A DNA stretch of 64,000 bases from a virus. Its lineage: Duplodnaviria; Heunggongvirae; Uroviricota; Caudoviricetes. A model generated the notes under the pieces. That model saw only the letters and a program-made list of their open reading frames with translations, was not told where the DNA came from and did no database searches. The translations under genes were made by a program, and so were the position numbers. Numbering within the stretch: position 1 is the first letter of the stretch; each line of letters opens with the position of its first letter. Below, piece after piece: positions 1 through 9,641 of the stretch. Where the stretch lies: IMG/VR virus record IMGVR_UViG_3300045996_002451, positions 19,172-83,171 of that record. The stretch is one strand, 5' to 3'.

Positions 1-139
1 AGCACCGGACGTTGATCGACGAGCTGTCTCGGTTCGAAGTGACGCATGCTTCCGGCTCAGGCTCAGAATAAACAACGGTCTCGTAGACGGTGGTGGCAGT
101 AGCGGTTACCACTACCTTGGTATGGTTACAGTCCATGGA

Positions 140-385
140 TCACTCCTCTTTCGGCAACAAGGCTTCCACCGCATCAGAGGCTTCTTGCATGATGCGCTCG
201 ATGCGTTTAGGCATCTCGCTGCCATAGGACCACTCGTCCCCACATTCTGTGCAGCTCGCTGATTCGGCAAAGCTCTCGTATGGATCGGACATGTACGGAT
301 CAGGTGCACTGTGCGGACGAATCGTCACTTCGTACCTCGCCTCCACCTTGATAGCTACGGTGAACTCAGGATGGTTACAGGCCAT
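140..385 (-). CDS. hypothetical protein with CxxC
   Basis: 81-aa ORF packed in a minus-strand gene run; CTEC motif. Confidence 0.55.
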   Translation of the reverse strand: MACNHPEFTVAIKVEARYEVTIRPHSAPDPYMSDPYESFAESASCTECGDEWSYGSEMPKRIERIMQEASDAVEALLPKEE

Positions 386-388
386 GGG

Positions 389-781
389 TTATTCCTCGTC
401 TTCAAAGCTGTAGACCCGCTTGCCGGAACCGATCTCCGCTGAGGCGGGTTGGGCAAAGACTGGGGCAGGTGCCTTGTTAAGCCGCAGCGCGGCAAACGCC
501 TTAGGCGCGGCGCCATAGGTGCATGCAATGTCACTTGCGGATACTTCTTTGTAACCTTGCGCGAGTTGCTCCCGCACTTTAGCGGCATGGGCTTGTCGGG
601 CTTGTTCCCGGGTCGGGTAGTCCTTGACCTGCTCGGTCTTGGTACCGTAACGCTTTCCGTAAGCGTAGAAATGGAAGAAGGTACCGTTGGCTTCAATCAG
701 CTTGGAAAGGTAGCCCTTATCCGAGGTTCCCTTCTCGTAGTGCAGAAAGACCTCGTCATGAATCGTCACACCGTCGCTCAT
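389..781 (-). CDS. WGR-domain-like protein
   Basis: Pattern SDKGY...YGKRYG...QARQAHAAKVREQLAQGYKEV resembles the WGR domain; AGGAGG RBS upstream. Confidence 0.7.
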   Translation of the reverse strand: MSDGVTIHDEVFLHYEKGTSDKGYLSKLIEANGTFFHFYAYGKRYGTKTEQVKDYPTREQARQAHAAKVREQLAQGYKEVSASDIACTYGAAPKAFAALRLNKAPAPVFAQPASAEIGSGKRVYSFEDEE

Positions 782-804
782 GGCGACCTCCTGTTACACG
801 GGTA

Positions 805-1179
805 TCAAGTGTTGTACTCAGATCCTGCGACCGGTTGAAACGTCGCACAAATGCTTACGACTACTCCGCCCGCATCAAGATTAGGTAGATCGGTATATTC
901 CAACCGCGTAAACTGGGTAGGCGGTTCAAGCAGTAGGGTGCGCACGCGGTTGATTAGGCGCTCTACCGGCGAGGTAGCCTCGCGGTTTACCGCAGCCAGG
1001 GTGCTGCGCAGCGCTTCACCCCAGTCTGCGGTAGCAGTGATCTCGTAACAACCTTCACCCAGCGCACTGAGTTGAAAGAGCATGCCCTGGTCCTCGTACG
1101 GACGCAGGGCACGCAGAAACAGGTCTAAGCACTCGGCTCCGTAGAAACGGACCGCGGACCGTTCATCAGCGGGGTACAT
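805..1179 (-). CDS. hypothetical protein
   Basis: 124-aa ORF with AGGAG RBS. Confidence 0.6.
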   Translation of the reverse strand: MYPADERSAVRFYGAECLDLFLRALRPYEDQGMLFQLSALGEGCYEITATADWGEALRSTLAAVNREATSPVERLINRVRTLLLEPPTQFTRLEYTDLPNLDAGGVVVSICATFQPVAGSEYNT

Positions 1180-1276
1180 TGCAGTTCTACTCCTAGAGTT
1201 TCCGGGTGGGCGTACACGAGTTCCCCCAGGGCCTGGGACACGGTTTTCCCGTAGCCCCAGGCACCGGGCTTCTCTT

Positions 1277-2206
1277 TTACGTAGCTTCGGTAGTTGCCGT
1301 CCCCGAAGGGTTCGATGCAGATAATTGTGCGATCAGCTCTTTGATCGCCTGGCCCGCTAGTTGGTCGCATCGTTCGTTCTCCACATGACCGCGGTGTCCC
1401 CGCACGTGCTGGAAACGGAGGAGTCCGCAGCTCCTGACCAGGTCGACGACTGGTTGTAGGCGCTTCATACTTTCCGCTTGGAAGTTCTTGTAGGGAGCCT
1501 TGCCTTCGAGCGGAGGCCGTCCTAGTAAAGCATGCAGCGACATAATCGTCCACTCACTATCCGTAATGAGGTCCACAAAGAGCCGGGCGCGTAGCTCGGG
1601 GGCAAAGAACTGCAAGGCACGCGAGACGCACTCCAACTCGGCCCGGGGCGAGCCGACCTGTTCCAGCCACTCGGCAAAGCTGTACTCGTGGGTTTTACCG
1701 GCTGACCGGATCATGTACCCGTAGCCCTGCACCGAGTGCTTGAGAGAGACTCCGGCGTCCGTCCAGACCTGTACGTACTTCAGCAGCTTGCGCTCTGTTT
1801 CCGGCAGGTAAAACTTGTGCTCGTCTTTGGGGCAGTAGACCACCGTGATCGGCTGCTGTCCGTGTCCGCGCTCCCGAAGTAGCTTGAGCGTCGAAACGCT
1901 GAGGCCATCCCAGAACACCAGGAGCGCATGTGCCGAGGCGCTGATCTTCTGGATGCTCTCCTCTCGCGCCCGACTGCGGTTTTCGGGATGCTTTTCGTAG
2001 TCGGGGTAGTGTTCCCGGGCAGGTTTACCCAGGACACGTTCACTGTACCAGGACGCGAACGTGCTGATGCCATGCGCGTCGGGCTGCTTACCCGCGGTGA
2101 CCAGGGTCACATCCGGACCCAATTGCATCTGATCCAGGACCCGCTTGACGTACTCGTAGTCCTTGAAGTCGCGGGCGCCCCAAACAGCTAACAAACGTTC
2201 AGACAT
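1277..2206 (-). CDS. SLOG (YspA/DUF2493-like) domain fused to RNase HI
   Basis: N-term AVWGARDFKDYEYV...LLVFWDG; C-term RNase H motifs VWTDAG, RAELE, ITDSEW, HVRGHRGHVENERCDQLA. Confidence 0.85.
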   Translation of the reverse strand: MSERLLAVWGARDFKDYEYVKRVLDQMQLGPDVTLVTAGKQPDAHGISTFASWYSERVLGKPAREHYPDYEKHPENRSRAREESIQKISASAHALLVFWDGLSVSTLKLLRERGHGQQPITVVYCPKDEHKFYLPETERKLLKYVQVWTDAGVSLKHSVQGYGYMIRSAGKTHEYSFAEWLEQVGSPRAELECVSRALQFFAPELRARLFVDLITDSEWTIMSLHALLGRPPLEGKAPYKNFQAESMKRLQPVVDLVRSCGLLRFQHVRGHRGHVENERCDQLAGQAIKELIAQLSASNPSGTATTEAT

Positions 2207-2415
2207 TACGCCTCCTTGCGAAAGATGATCTCCTCGTTGCGCCGGATCTGGGCCAAATTACCTTTGACCAGGATGGCGTAGTACCAGGGAGAATGTTCGT
2301 CCGCAGCAGCGCGAACATCCACCACTGCTACCTCGTGGTCTTGCGAGTAGACCTGCAATACCAGGATGCAGGTCCCGTCCAAAAGCGTTACAAAGTCGCC
2401 GATTTTGATGTGCAT
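2206..2415 (-). CDS. hypothetical protein
   Basis: 69-aa ORF whose stop overlaps the next start. Confidence 0.5.
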   Translation of the reverse strand: MHIKIGDFVTLLDGTCILVLQVYSQDHEVAVVDVRAAADEHSPWYYAILVKGNLAQIRRNEEIIFRKEA

Positions 2416-2423
2416 GACTATTC

Positions 2424-2472
2424 AAAAAAGAAGACCGCCCTGCTGCCGAATGGGGCGAGCAAAGGCGGTCTT
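2424..2472 (-). terminator. intrinsic terminator
   Basis: AAGACCGCC...GGCGGTCTT stem with a U-tract on the minus strand. Confidence 0.55.
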
Positions 2473-2492
2473 TAACTATTCAGTATGACGCG

Positions 2493-2912
2493 TTATACCA
2501 ACGCGGGTTCCCGTACGTCGACGGGCTGCGTGAGGCACAGATCGCGATTGACGCGTTGCAGCAGTTCCAGGTTGCGCACGATCTGGATGTTGCGCGTATC
2601 GTGCTCGGAAGCGGGTAAGGTACGCAGTTCTTCACACAAGGTGTACTGCATCGTGGCGAGGAGCCCTTGCAGCAACTGGTACGGATGCAGCTCGGACGCG
2701 ATGAAGGGAAGTTCCCCGACCTGGCGGATCGCCTCGTTCCGGATCTGATTCTCGGAAGAGACCTGGTCCAGGAAGGAAACGTCGGGCATCTGGACGGAAA
2801 GTACGGCGCGCAACTCTTGACGCACGGAGATGAACAGGACAGAGATGGCACTCGGACCCGTCAACCCTACCTCGGCCAGTAGTTTGCGGACTTGTTCGGC
2901 TACATCAGTCAA
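2493..2912 (-). CDS. hypothetical protein
   Basis: 139-aa ORF, coding-like composition. Confidence 0.55.
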   Translation of the reverse strand: MTDVAEQVRKLLAEVGLTGPSAISVLFISVRQELRAVLSVQMPDVSFLDQVSSENQIRNEAIRQVGELPFIASELHPYQLLQGLLATMQYTLCEELRTLPASEHDTRNIQIVRNLELLQRVNRDLCLTQPVDVREPALV

Positions 2913-3002
2913 AATCGCGCCTCAGTTCTAAAGATTAACAAAGGGAGGGACAAGCAGGGTTAGTGTATCAGAAGTGCGCCTGCTTGTCCACCACGAAAGC
3001 GC

Positions 3003-3266
3003 TTAATCGTTGACCCGATCGATCGCATCCTGTACCGCACTTCGCATACGGTTTATTGTCGGTGTCACCGCTTCTTTGAGCGGTTCCGACTGCTCTTTTG
3101 TTGCGCTTGTAAACCCGTCTACCAGACCTCCCACCGCGCCGAACGCACCGCTGACCAGTGCGCAGACGCCTTTTACTGTACCGCGAGAAAGGGTGCGTGC
3201 CAGATGGTGGGTTGTCTGGTAAGCAGAGGCACTGACAGGTTTCTTGTTATCAGTTTCGGTAGACAT
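3003..3266 (-). CDS. hypothetical protein
   Basis: Likely start MSTET after AAGGA; glycine-rich hydrophobic segment. Confidence 0.55.
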   Translation of the reverse strand: MSTETDNKKPVSASAYQTTHHLARTLSRGTVKGVCALVSGAFGAVGGLVDGFTSATKEQSEPLKEAVTPTINRMRSAVQDAIDRVND

Positions 3267-3339
3267 CTTCAGTTTTCCTTTCGGTAACTTACTGCTTAAA
3301 GGCACCCGAGAGGGAGTGGGGCTAGCCCCACTCCCAGGG

Positions 3340-5280
3340 TTACTCGTCGTTGGCCACGCCGACGTAATCGTAGTAGAACGTGCTGATACTACGCACGGCC
3401 TCCCGATCTTCCGGCGATTCTGGAAACTGGAGCTGGATCATGTTGCGCCCGTGCTGATCCACGGCAACCCCGCGCGCAGCTTTGCTTTGGCGGCTTTCCG
3501 TTTCCACGGCCCGCATCACCCCAATGACGCCGGTAATACAGGAACCGATCTGTACCGGCAGCGTCCCCTTTTCCAACTCAAACCCCATGTCCAGGAGTTC
3601 CTGGGAGATCTGCGGAGGAAGGGCTTTGCCGGTGGCGTCGGTGTACGTCAACGCGTTGCAGAAGAGCGGCAGTTTACCGGTCTCCGGATCTTCGATTTGC
3701 CAATGTTCGAAGCCGCGCTTGCGCAAACCACAGGAGATGATGTGCACGAGCGTTGCCATGTCCCACTTGGGGTGGATCTTCTTCAGGCCCGCCGCCCATG
3801 CCAGCGCGGAAAGGTACGCATCGCGTGCGCCCTTACCCAACCCGGTCTTTTCCGAGACGACCAGGTCCACTTCGACGCGTTCTCCGTTCGGAAGATAGGT
3901 CCACAACTGACGCACGGGCCGGGTCACGGCTTTGATGCCGCCTGCGGCCAGTTTGATTTTGTCGTAGCCCATCTTTACCGGTACATCGTACCAGTAGCGG
4001 TACCGGATGCGGTAGATCGGCGTGGTGTCATCCAGCATCTCCGTCAACTCATAAATGGGTTGATGCTTGAAGCCGGGTAACAGCGCCAGTTCTTCGCGCC
4101 GTTCGTCCCATTCCTCCTGGGTAAGCTGCTCGCTCTTGGTGTGGTAGGCCACGAGCTTACGGCGTCCGGAAGGGGTGACTAGGAGGGCGTCTCCCGAAAC
4201 GATCTCGCCGTCAGCCAGATCTTCTGCAGCTACGCCCATACTTTCCAGCTCGGCGCGTTCAGTCGGGTCCGGCTCGAAGACGTTTTGTCCCTGGATGTTG
4301 ATGAACGCAACTACCAGGCCTTTCAGGCGACTACTCAAGATCGGCGGACGCGGATGTCCGATACTCTGGAGCAGGGGATGTCCGTCCTCTTGGGTGACGT
4401 ACGGAAAGCACGTCGGCCAGGCTCGCCCTTCACGGTGATCGCGCAGGGGGTTGGCATGACACCCAAACGGGTTGCGCGCCAGGACCTCATCCGGAACCGG
4501 CTGTTGGGTGACGAAGCTGAGCGGGTTACCGGGACGTACCCGCATGACATGCCGTCCCACGTCACTCTTACCGGTGTGCAGGACACACACGAACGGGTCC
4601 AGGTACTCGATGAACTTCAGCTTGATCGTCTCTGCCAGCAAGGTGTCTCCGGGTACCGCAGGGTACCCGAGTTCCACTTCGTGCATCTGGAAACAGAGGA
4701 GCGCGTCGTCGGTCAAAGGCATGCCGGAAAGATCGGGTCCGCCGTTGACTAGCTGGGAGATGGCCCGCTGCAGGTAGGAACGGCACAGCTTGGTGTCCGG
4801 TCTCCGAGTGCTGGAGACCAGTCCTTTCGCTTTGCCTTCCTGACGATCCTTCGGAGAACCGAAGAACGCCTCTACCAGGGCATCGAACAGCCGTCCGTAG
4901 AAGTTGTCCCACCGCCAGCCCCATTGTGCCAGCGGCGTCTGCCCAACTCGACTGCGCGTTGTGGGCAGGGCTTCGAGCGCCAACTGATCGGCTAACGTGG
5001 ACCGGAGCCGCGGATGGCAGAAGCGGAGGGCGCCTTTGGGCTGCTCCTGTTGCGGCCCCACAAACTGGATCAGGTGACCGTGGATCCCCGCGTCCCAGGC
5101 GTAGGGGATCGCTTTGACGGTAGGCAGATGCAGCGTCACATCCACGTAGTCCACAAAGCTGGACCAGAAGGTGTGCACCCGTACCAAGGCACGCTCCGTG
5201 TCGGTCCAGGAGAGCAGTTCCAGAATGGGAGCGCCGTCCGAGCCGCGCATGTTCAACGCTTCTTGGTAAGAACTGATCAC
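3340..5280 (-). CDS. divergent two-barrel RNA polymerase, beta-like (lysine barrel) subunit
   Basis: MGYDKIKLAAGGIKAVTRPVRQLWTYLPNGERVEVDLVVS resembles beta GDKxxGRHGNKGV...MPYLPDGTPVDIVLN; colinear similarity to the C-terminal half of 43943-47533. Confidence 0.7.
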   Translation of the reverse strand: MISSYQEALNMRGSDGAPILELLSWTDTERALVRVHTFWSSFVDYVDVTLHLPTVKAIPYAWDAGIHGHLIQFVGPQQEQPKGALRFCHPRLRSTLADQLALEALPTTRSRVGQTPLAQWGWRWDNFYGRLFDALVEAFFGSPKDRQEGKAKGLVSSTRRPDTKLCRSYLQRAISQLVNGGPDLSGMPLTDDALLCFQMHEVELGYPAVPGDTLLAETIKLKFIEYLDPFVCVLHTGKSDVGRHVMRVRPGNPLSFVTQQPVPDEVLARNPFGCHANPLRDHREGRAWPTCFPYVTQEDGHPLLQSIGHPRPPILSSRLKGLVVAFINIQGQNVFEPDPTERAELESMGVAAEDLADGEIVSGDALLVTPSGRRKLVAYHTKSEQLTQEEWDERREELALLPGFKHQPIYELTEMLDDTTPIYRIRYRYWYDVPVKMGYDKIKLAAGGIKAVTRPVRQLWTYLPNGERVEVDLVVSEKTGLGKGARDAYLSALAWAAGLKKIHPKWDMATLVHIISCGLRKRGFEHWQIEDPETGKLPLFCNALTYTDATGKALPPQISQELLDMGFELEKGTLPVQIGSCITGVIGVMRAVETESRQSKAARGVAVDQHGRNMIQLQFPESPEDREAVRSISTFYYDYVGVANDE

Positions 5281-5534
5281 AGGAAAACTCCTACTTTGGT
5301 CAGGTCCGCCACGCCGCGGATCTTCCGAAACTGCGAAAGCAGTTGCTCGCAGATGGTGTGCGCGCGGGGAGGCACATCGCCGATCGAGAACTCGCGCGTC
5401 CCCCAGACGTAGCTGTAGCTGGACTCGTCGGTGGGATCTTCCGCCTGAAGCATCAGCGGTAGTCCCGCTAACCCGCCAGGATACTGAAGGTACCAGATGC
5501 CGTACTGATCACGGGTTAACAGAAGCTTTTTCAT
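5277..5534 (-). CDS. hypothetical protein
   Basis: 85-aa ORF overlapping the start of the beta-like gene. Confidence 0.6.
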   Translation of the reverse strand: MKKLLLTRDQYGIWYLQYPGGLAGLPLMLQAEDPTDESSYSYVWGTREFSIGDVPPRAHTICEQLLSQFRKIRGVADLTKVGVFL

Positions 5535-5537
5535 GGC

Positions 5538-5795
5538 TTACTCCGGAAGAATGTCGAGGCGCGACCAGGTAATGAACTTGCCGCCGTGCTCAGATCTATG
5601 TGGTTCGAACTTCTTGTATCCTCCTCCAGGGAGGACTTCATACCACAGACTATCAATCAGCTCGGCCACGCGCGTCTCGCCGATAAAGATGACGTCTAAC
5701 TGGATGGAGATCGGTCCGTCGAGACCAGGCGTGTACGCATGGGGACGACTCCAGTCATGTGTGTCTTGTTGGGGGTTAGAAAAACGAATCTTCAT
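5538..5795 (-). CDS. hypothetical protein
   Basis: Likely start MKIRF; tightly packed. Confidence 0.55.
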   Translation of the reverse strand: MKIRFSNPQQDTHDWSRPHAYTPGLDGPISIQLDVIFIGETRVAELIDSLWYEVLPGGGYKKFEPHRSEHGGKFITWSRLDILPE

Positions 5796-5796
5796 G

Positions 5797-6153
5797 CTAG
5801 CTTTTCCCCCGCGCCGTACTAGACGGCTTGTTGTAGGCCAGCACTTCCTCGTCAAATTGGCGTGGTGTCAGTTGCAAGGTATGCAGCACGTCGCGAATGG
5901 CTTGCCCAATCTCGGAAAGATGTTGCGCCTCTCGGGCAAAAGCCACCTGCAGCATCGGACACGCCTTTTTGCGCAGTTCGGGAGAGTTCGCGCAGCGCTG
6001 CAACGCCTCAGTAAGGCTGGACACAGTTTCGTTTTTAGGCAACTCCAGCCACGAGATACCGCCGCGCCAGTGCGCCATCGCGCGTACGAGGACGGTGTTT
6101 TCAGCAGGGGTAAGTTGCGTACCGACTGGGACTGTGTGAGGATCAAGAGACAT
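5797..6153 (-). CDS. hypothetical protein
   Basis: Likely start MSLDP after GGAG. Confidence 0.55.
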   Translation of the reverse strand: MSLDPHTVPVGTQLTPAENTVLVRAMAHWRGGISWLELPKNETVSSLTEALQRCANSPELRKKACPMLQVAFAREAQHLSEIGQAIRDVLHTLQLTPRQFDEEVLAYNKPSSTARGKS

Positions 6154-6209
6154 GTTCGTTCTCCGGTACACGGGTAACGGTGGGGTAGCTCTTACCCCAC
6201 CGTTAACAC

Positions 6210-7871
6210 CTAGTATTGATACAGCTCGCTGAAGTCCGCGATATCCGCCAGGTCGTCCGACTGAGAGACGGGCCACTGGGTAACCGCGGCGCCGGTGAGG
6301 TCGGCGAGCATGGCGTCATAGACCCGTTCGGGTGGGATCTCTAACTGCATCATGGCGTCGAGCATCGCCAGGACACTCTTCTCCATGCTCTTGCGCTTCA
6401 GCACGAGAGCCCAATAGACCGGACTCTTGGCACAGAAGCTGCGGAGATTGCCTTCCGCGAGCCGCCAGGCAGTTTTCAGCACTTCCAGACTGTCCGGAGG
6501 GATCCCGATCTGTTCTAACCCTTCCCAGTCCAATTCACCGCCCTGGAGCAGGGTTTCCATGTGCGCGTACGGATCCCAGGTATGGTTGCTGGCAAACTGG
6601 GAGTTGCCTGCCCCTTTGCGCGCATCCATGCAGTTCTCCATGTACCACTCCAGCAGTCCGTACGAGAGTTCGTAGGCCCGCTTCATGGGTAGCCCGCCTT
6701 CCAGGCCCAGTACGCGACTGCACCACCAGCCAATGGCCATGGTGTAGACTGCGACGTGCTGCCGCGTGTCGGCGTTGTGGATCGCCTCTTTGCGCAGGTG
6801 GGTGGAGGAAAGGGCCGGAGGCATGAACTTATCCTGAACGGTCTTCTCTTTGACTCCGGCAGCAATGAGCTTTTCCGGATGGAGGAGACTGCCGAGGGAC
6901 ATCACGCTGTGGGTCTCGGTCCAGGTGTCGTACTCTTGGAGTGGCTCGAGCTTCAGCACTTCCAGCTCGCCGCTGAGGACTTCCTTGACGCGGAGGAACG
7001 CGAACGCACAATCGCCGTCCTCATCGCCTAGCCACAGCTTTTCCAGGTTCCAGGGGTTGGCCCAGATGACCTTGCCGTTACCGGGAACTATCCGTAGTGT
7101 CATAGCCTGGATACCGGAGGCGTTGGCCAAAGGAAAGCGGATGCACCAGCACGGCATCCCGTCGAGCAGTTCCCAGACTAGCTGGAGGTAGCGGTGTTTT
7201 TCAGTTTCACTGAGGGCACCCAGGCCCTGAGCAAATAACTGCGCCGCATCCGGGTAGGCTGCAAACAGCTCCGGATGTTCTTTGTAGACCCCTTTCAGGA
7301 TCTGCTTGGCAAACCCTTCCGTCACAGCGATCTGCCGCGGAGGAAGATTTTTGCGCGTCTGCACGTGCGCCATGAAACCGGGACGCTCCCGGACCTTGAT
7401 CATCCCACCCTTGAGCACGGACGCCAGTAACCGCCCCGAAGCCTCGACCATTTTGGCGATCTCGTAGCGGTAGTTGTAGTCCTCGTTCTGGGTGAGGTAA
7501 TTGGACAGGAGGTTGTTGGCCCGGACAAAGAGGTCCGGTACCCGAATCTGGATACCGAGGGGACGACCCTTCTCATCCCAGACCCGTTCTTCCATCAGTT
7601 CACTGCGACGCAGGGGCGGCAACTTTACCAGGTGATACGGCTCCGGTAAGAGCGTGGGTATCTGTACTTCCGTTTCAAAGTACGCCCCGGCAAGCACCGT
7701 GCGGTGCAGGTCCGTGAGTTGGAGCACGCGCCGATCCGAGGTGGAGCGGACGCTTTTTGGGTCACGTACGATGCACAGATGCTGCGACCCGCCGACCCAT
7801 GGGTAAGGTACGGAGGCCGTGATTAAGGACGTAGCGGAAGACGAAACAGGAGACGTATCTACGGTAGACAT
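6210..7871 (-). CDS. divergent two-barrel RNA polymerase, beta'-like catalytic subunit
   Basis: CIRFPLANASGIQAMTLRIVPGNGKVIWANPWNLEKLWLGDEDGD aligns by eye with beta' [41 protein letters not shown]; DEDGD at 7011-7025. Confidence 0.8.
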   Translation of the reverse strand: MSTVDTSPVSSSATSLITASVPYPWVGGSQHLCIVRDPKSVRSTSDRRVLQLTDLHRTVLAGAYFETEVQIPTLLPEPYHLVKLPPLRRSELMEERVWDEKGRPLGIQIRVPDLFVRANNLLSNYLTQNEDYNYRYEIAKMVEASGRLLASVLKGGMIKVRERPGFMAHVQTRKNLPPRQIAVTEGFAKQILKGVYKEHPELFAAYPDAAQLFAQGLGALSETEKHRYLQLVWELLDGMPCWCIRFPLANASGIQAMTLRIVPGNGKVIWANPWNLEKLWLGDEDGDCAFAFLRVKEVLSGELEVLKLEPLQEYDTWTETHSVMSLGSLLHPEKLIAAGVKEKTVQDKFMPPALSSTHLRKEAIHNADTRQHVAVYTMAIGWWCSRVLGLEGGLPMKRAYELSYGLLEWYMENCMDARKGAGNSQFASNHTWDPYAHMETLLQGGELDWEGLEQIGIPPDSLEVLKTAWRLAEGNLRSFCAKSPVYWALVLKRKSMEKSVLAMLDAMMQLEIPPERVYDAMLADLTGAAVTQWPVSQSDDLADIADFSELYQY

Positions 7872-7978
7872 AGGCCCTCCGGGACCGGGTCAAAGAGGCG
7901 TCTATATAAACCACCGTGAGGTGGGAAACCGGGTAGCCAGACGGTTAAGCCTGGCTACCCACGTACTACGGGCCTCTC

Positions 7979-8776
7979 TTAGGAGAGGTTGTCTTGCCAC
8001 GGGTTGTACGGTTCATCGGAACCGGCACCTGCGGGGGCCAGCTCACGCGGAGGCGGCGCATCCTGGTAGCTGCTGCTGGTCGGAGCGGAGACGCCCGGCT
8101 GCACGTTGCGGAAACGCTCACGTCGCTCTTCCGGAGTCTCGCGGTTCTTGCGGGCCGACTCGTACGGGAACTTTTCGGCGACCATGACCGCCGTCATCAC
8201 GCCTTCCATGTTCTGGAGGTTCTCCAGAGTGGCCAACCGATTCTTACGGGTAGCCGGACCGTTGGCCGTGGTGCGCACGAACGAGGTGTACAAGCGGCTG
8301 GCGAACTCCAGCTTGTACGTCTTGCCGTCGAAACCGAGGTCCACGGCCAGCACGAGCGCCTGGGAGTTCTCGCCGACCGTCTGCGGGATCACGAGCGCGT
8401 AGCTCCAGAACGTGCTGGAGCCGCTTTCCGTCGCGGTACCGAAGCGCTCGACGGCCACGAGGTACGCGGTCTGATCGGCGTTTTCGTCCAGCTCGATCTT
8501 GTACGCTTCGCGGTTCTGCGGCTTGACTTCCAGGTAGCCCTTGATGGAATCGACCAGGGCGCCCAGCTTCTCGAACGCGACCGCGGTCAGGTTGGCGATG
8601 TGGATGCGCGGAAAGCGGATGACCATCGGCGCGTTGTTGCCTTCGAACACGGCGCGCAGCTTGTTGGCGGAGATCGGATCCACGTTGTCGATCTCAACCG
8701 CCGCGGTGATGACCTGATCCAGGATGTCGGTGCGAGCGTCGCGCGGAGCCACACCATCTCGAGTAACGATATACAT
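7979..8776 (-). CDS. hypothetical protein with a flexible acidic/aromatic C-terminal tail
   Basis: 265 aa, strongly G/C-ending codons, ends SDEPYNPWQDNLS. Confidence 0.7.
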   Translation of the reverse strand: MYIVTRDGVAPRDARTDILDQVITAAVEIDNVDPISANKLRAVFEGNNAPMVIRFPRIHIANLTAVAFEKLGALVDSIKGYLEVKPQNREAYKIELDENADQTAYLVAVERFGTATESGSSTFWSYALVIPQTVGENSQALVLAVDLGFDGKTYKLEFASRLYTSFVRTTANGPATRKNRLATLENLQNMEGVMTAVMVAEKFPYESARKNRETPEERRERFRNVQPGVSAPTSSSYQDAPPPRELAPAGAGSDEPYNPWQDNLS

Positions 8777-9053
8777 TGGAAGCTCTCTTTCTGAACAGTG
8801 ACGAGGCTCTCTAGGAGCCGGGTTGTTACACGGGTATCAACAGTGGAAGGAGGGAACCCGTAACCCCAAACCTTCCCCAACCCTACACGCAATCTAGCGG
8901 TCCGCACCCTCTGAAAAGAGAACGGACCGCTTAACTTTCCTACCTGCACCTACTGTTCCAGCGAGGCTGTACGCGAACGCGCCTGCTTGTGCGGCCCACT
9001 TACCGCGGCCTTCTGGAAAAGGGATAGCCAGTATGAAGTTGTGAATGGCTTGG

Positions 9054-9407
9054 TTAAGCCGGAGAAAGCTTACGGTGATCCATTTCCGCTTCCATGGCTG
9101 CTCGGAGCAGCGCGTCCCCTGCGGCGTCTAGGTCGAGGGGCGTGGTGAACTGAAGGGACTTGCCGAGCAGGGACAGCATGCCGTGCTCCTTCAGGAGCGT
9201 GGTGACCGCATCTGCCGTCTCTTGGCAGGTCAGTCCGGTGCTGTCTATCTCCCAGCACTCTGCACCCACAGGCCGGGCGATATACCCGATGGGAGCTTCG
9301 ACTTCCTGAAGCTGACCGCTCTTCAGGTTGACTTCTGAGACGGTGCGGGTCACGAGGAACATCTCGCGGGTGCTGTTGTGCAGCGGTTTCAACTCAATTT
9401 GAGACAT
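9054..9407 (-). CDS. hypothetical protein
   Basis: Likely start MSQIE after AGGAG. Confidence 0.6.
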   Translation of the reverse strand: MSQIELKPLHNSTREMFLVTRTVSEVNLKSGQLQEVEAPIGYIARPVGAECWEIDSTGLTCQETADAVTTLLKEHGMLSLLGKSLQFTTPLDLDAAGDALLRAAMEAEMDHRKLSPA

Positions 9408-9585
9408 GGACGTAGCTCCTGACATAGTGAGTGTGATGGCAACGCTTCGGGTGTCATGTGGACACCCGTAATCTGGGAGAGGGCGAGCCTTAAACTCCAC
9501 CCAACCTCACCCCTACACGCAATCTCCTAAGCTGGCAGAATCTCCCAAAAGAGAGAACCTTCCCTCACTTTCCAGCCCTGACCAT

Positions 9586-9616
9586 AAAAATACCCCTGCC
9601 TGTAAGGCAGGGGTAT
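9586..9616 (-). terminator. intrinsic terminator
   Basis: ATACCCCTGCC/GGCAGGGGTAT stem followed by a U-tract, downstream of the helicase. Confidence 0.75.
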
Positions 9617-9641
9617 CTCTACGTAGGAGATCAGCTAGTAC

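Noticed and set aside
6210-7871. Calling the RNAP genes rpoC/rpoB
   Set aside because: Far shorter than the cellular subunits and only the barrel motifs are recognisable; the symbols would overstate the homology.
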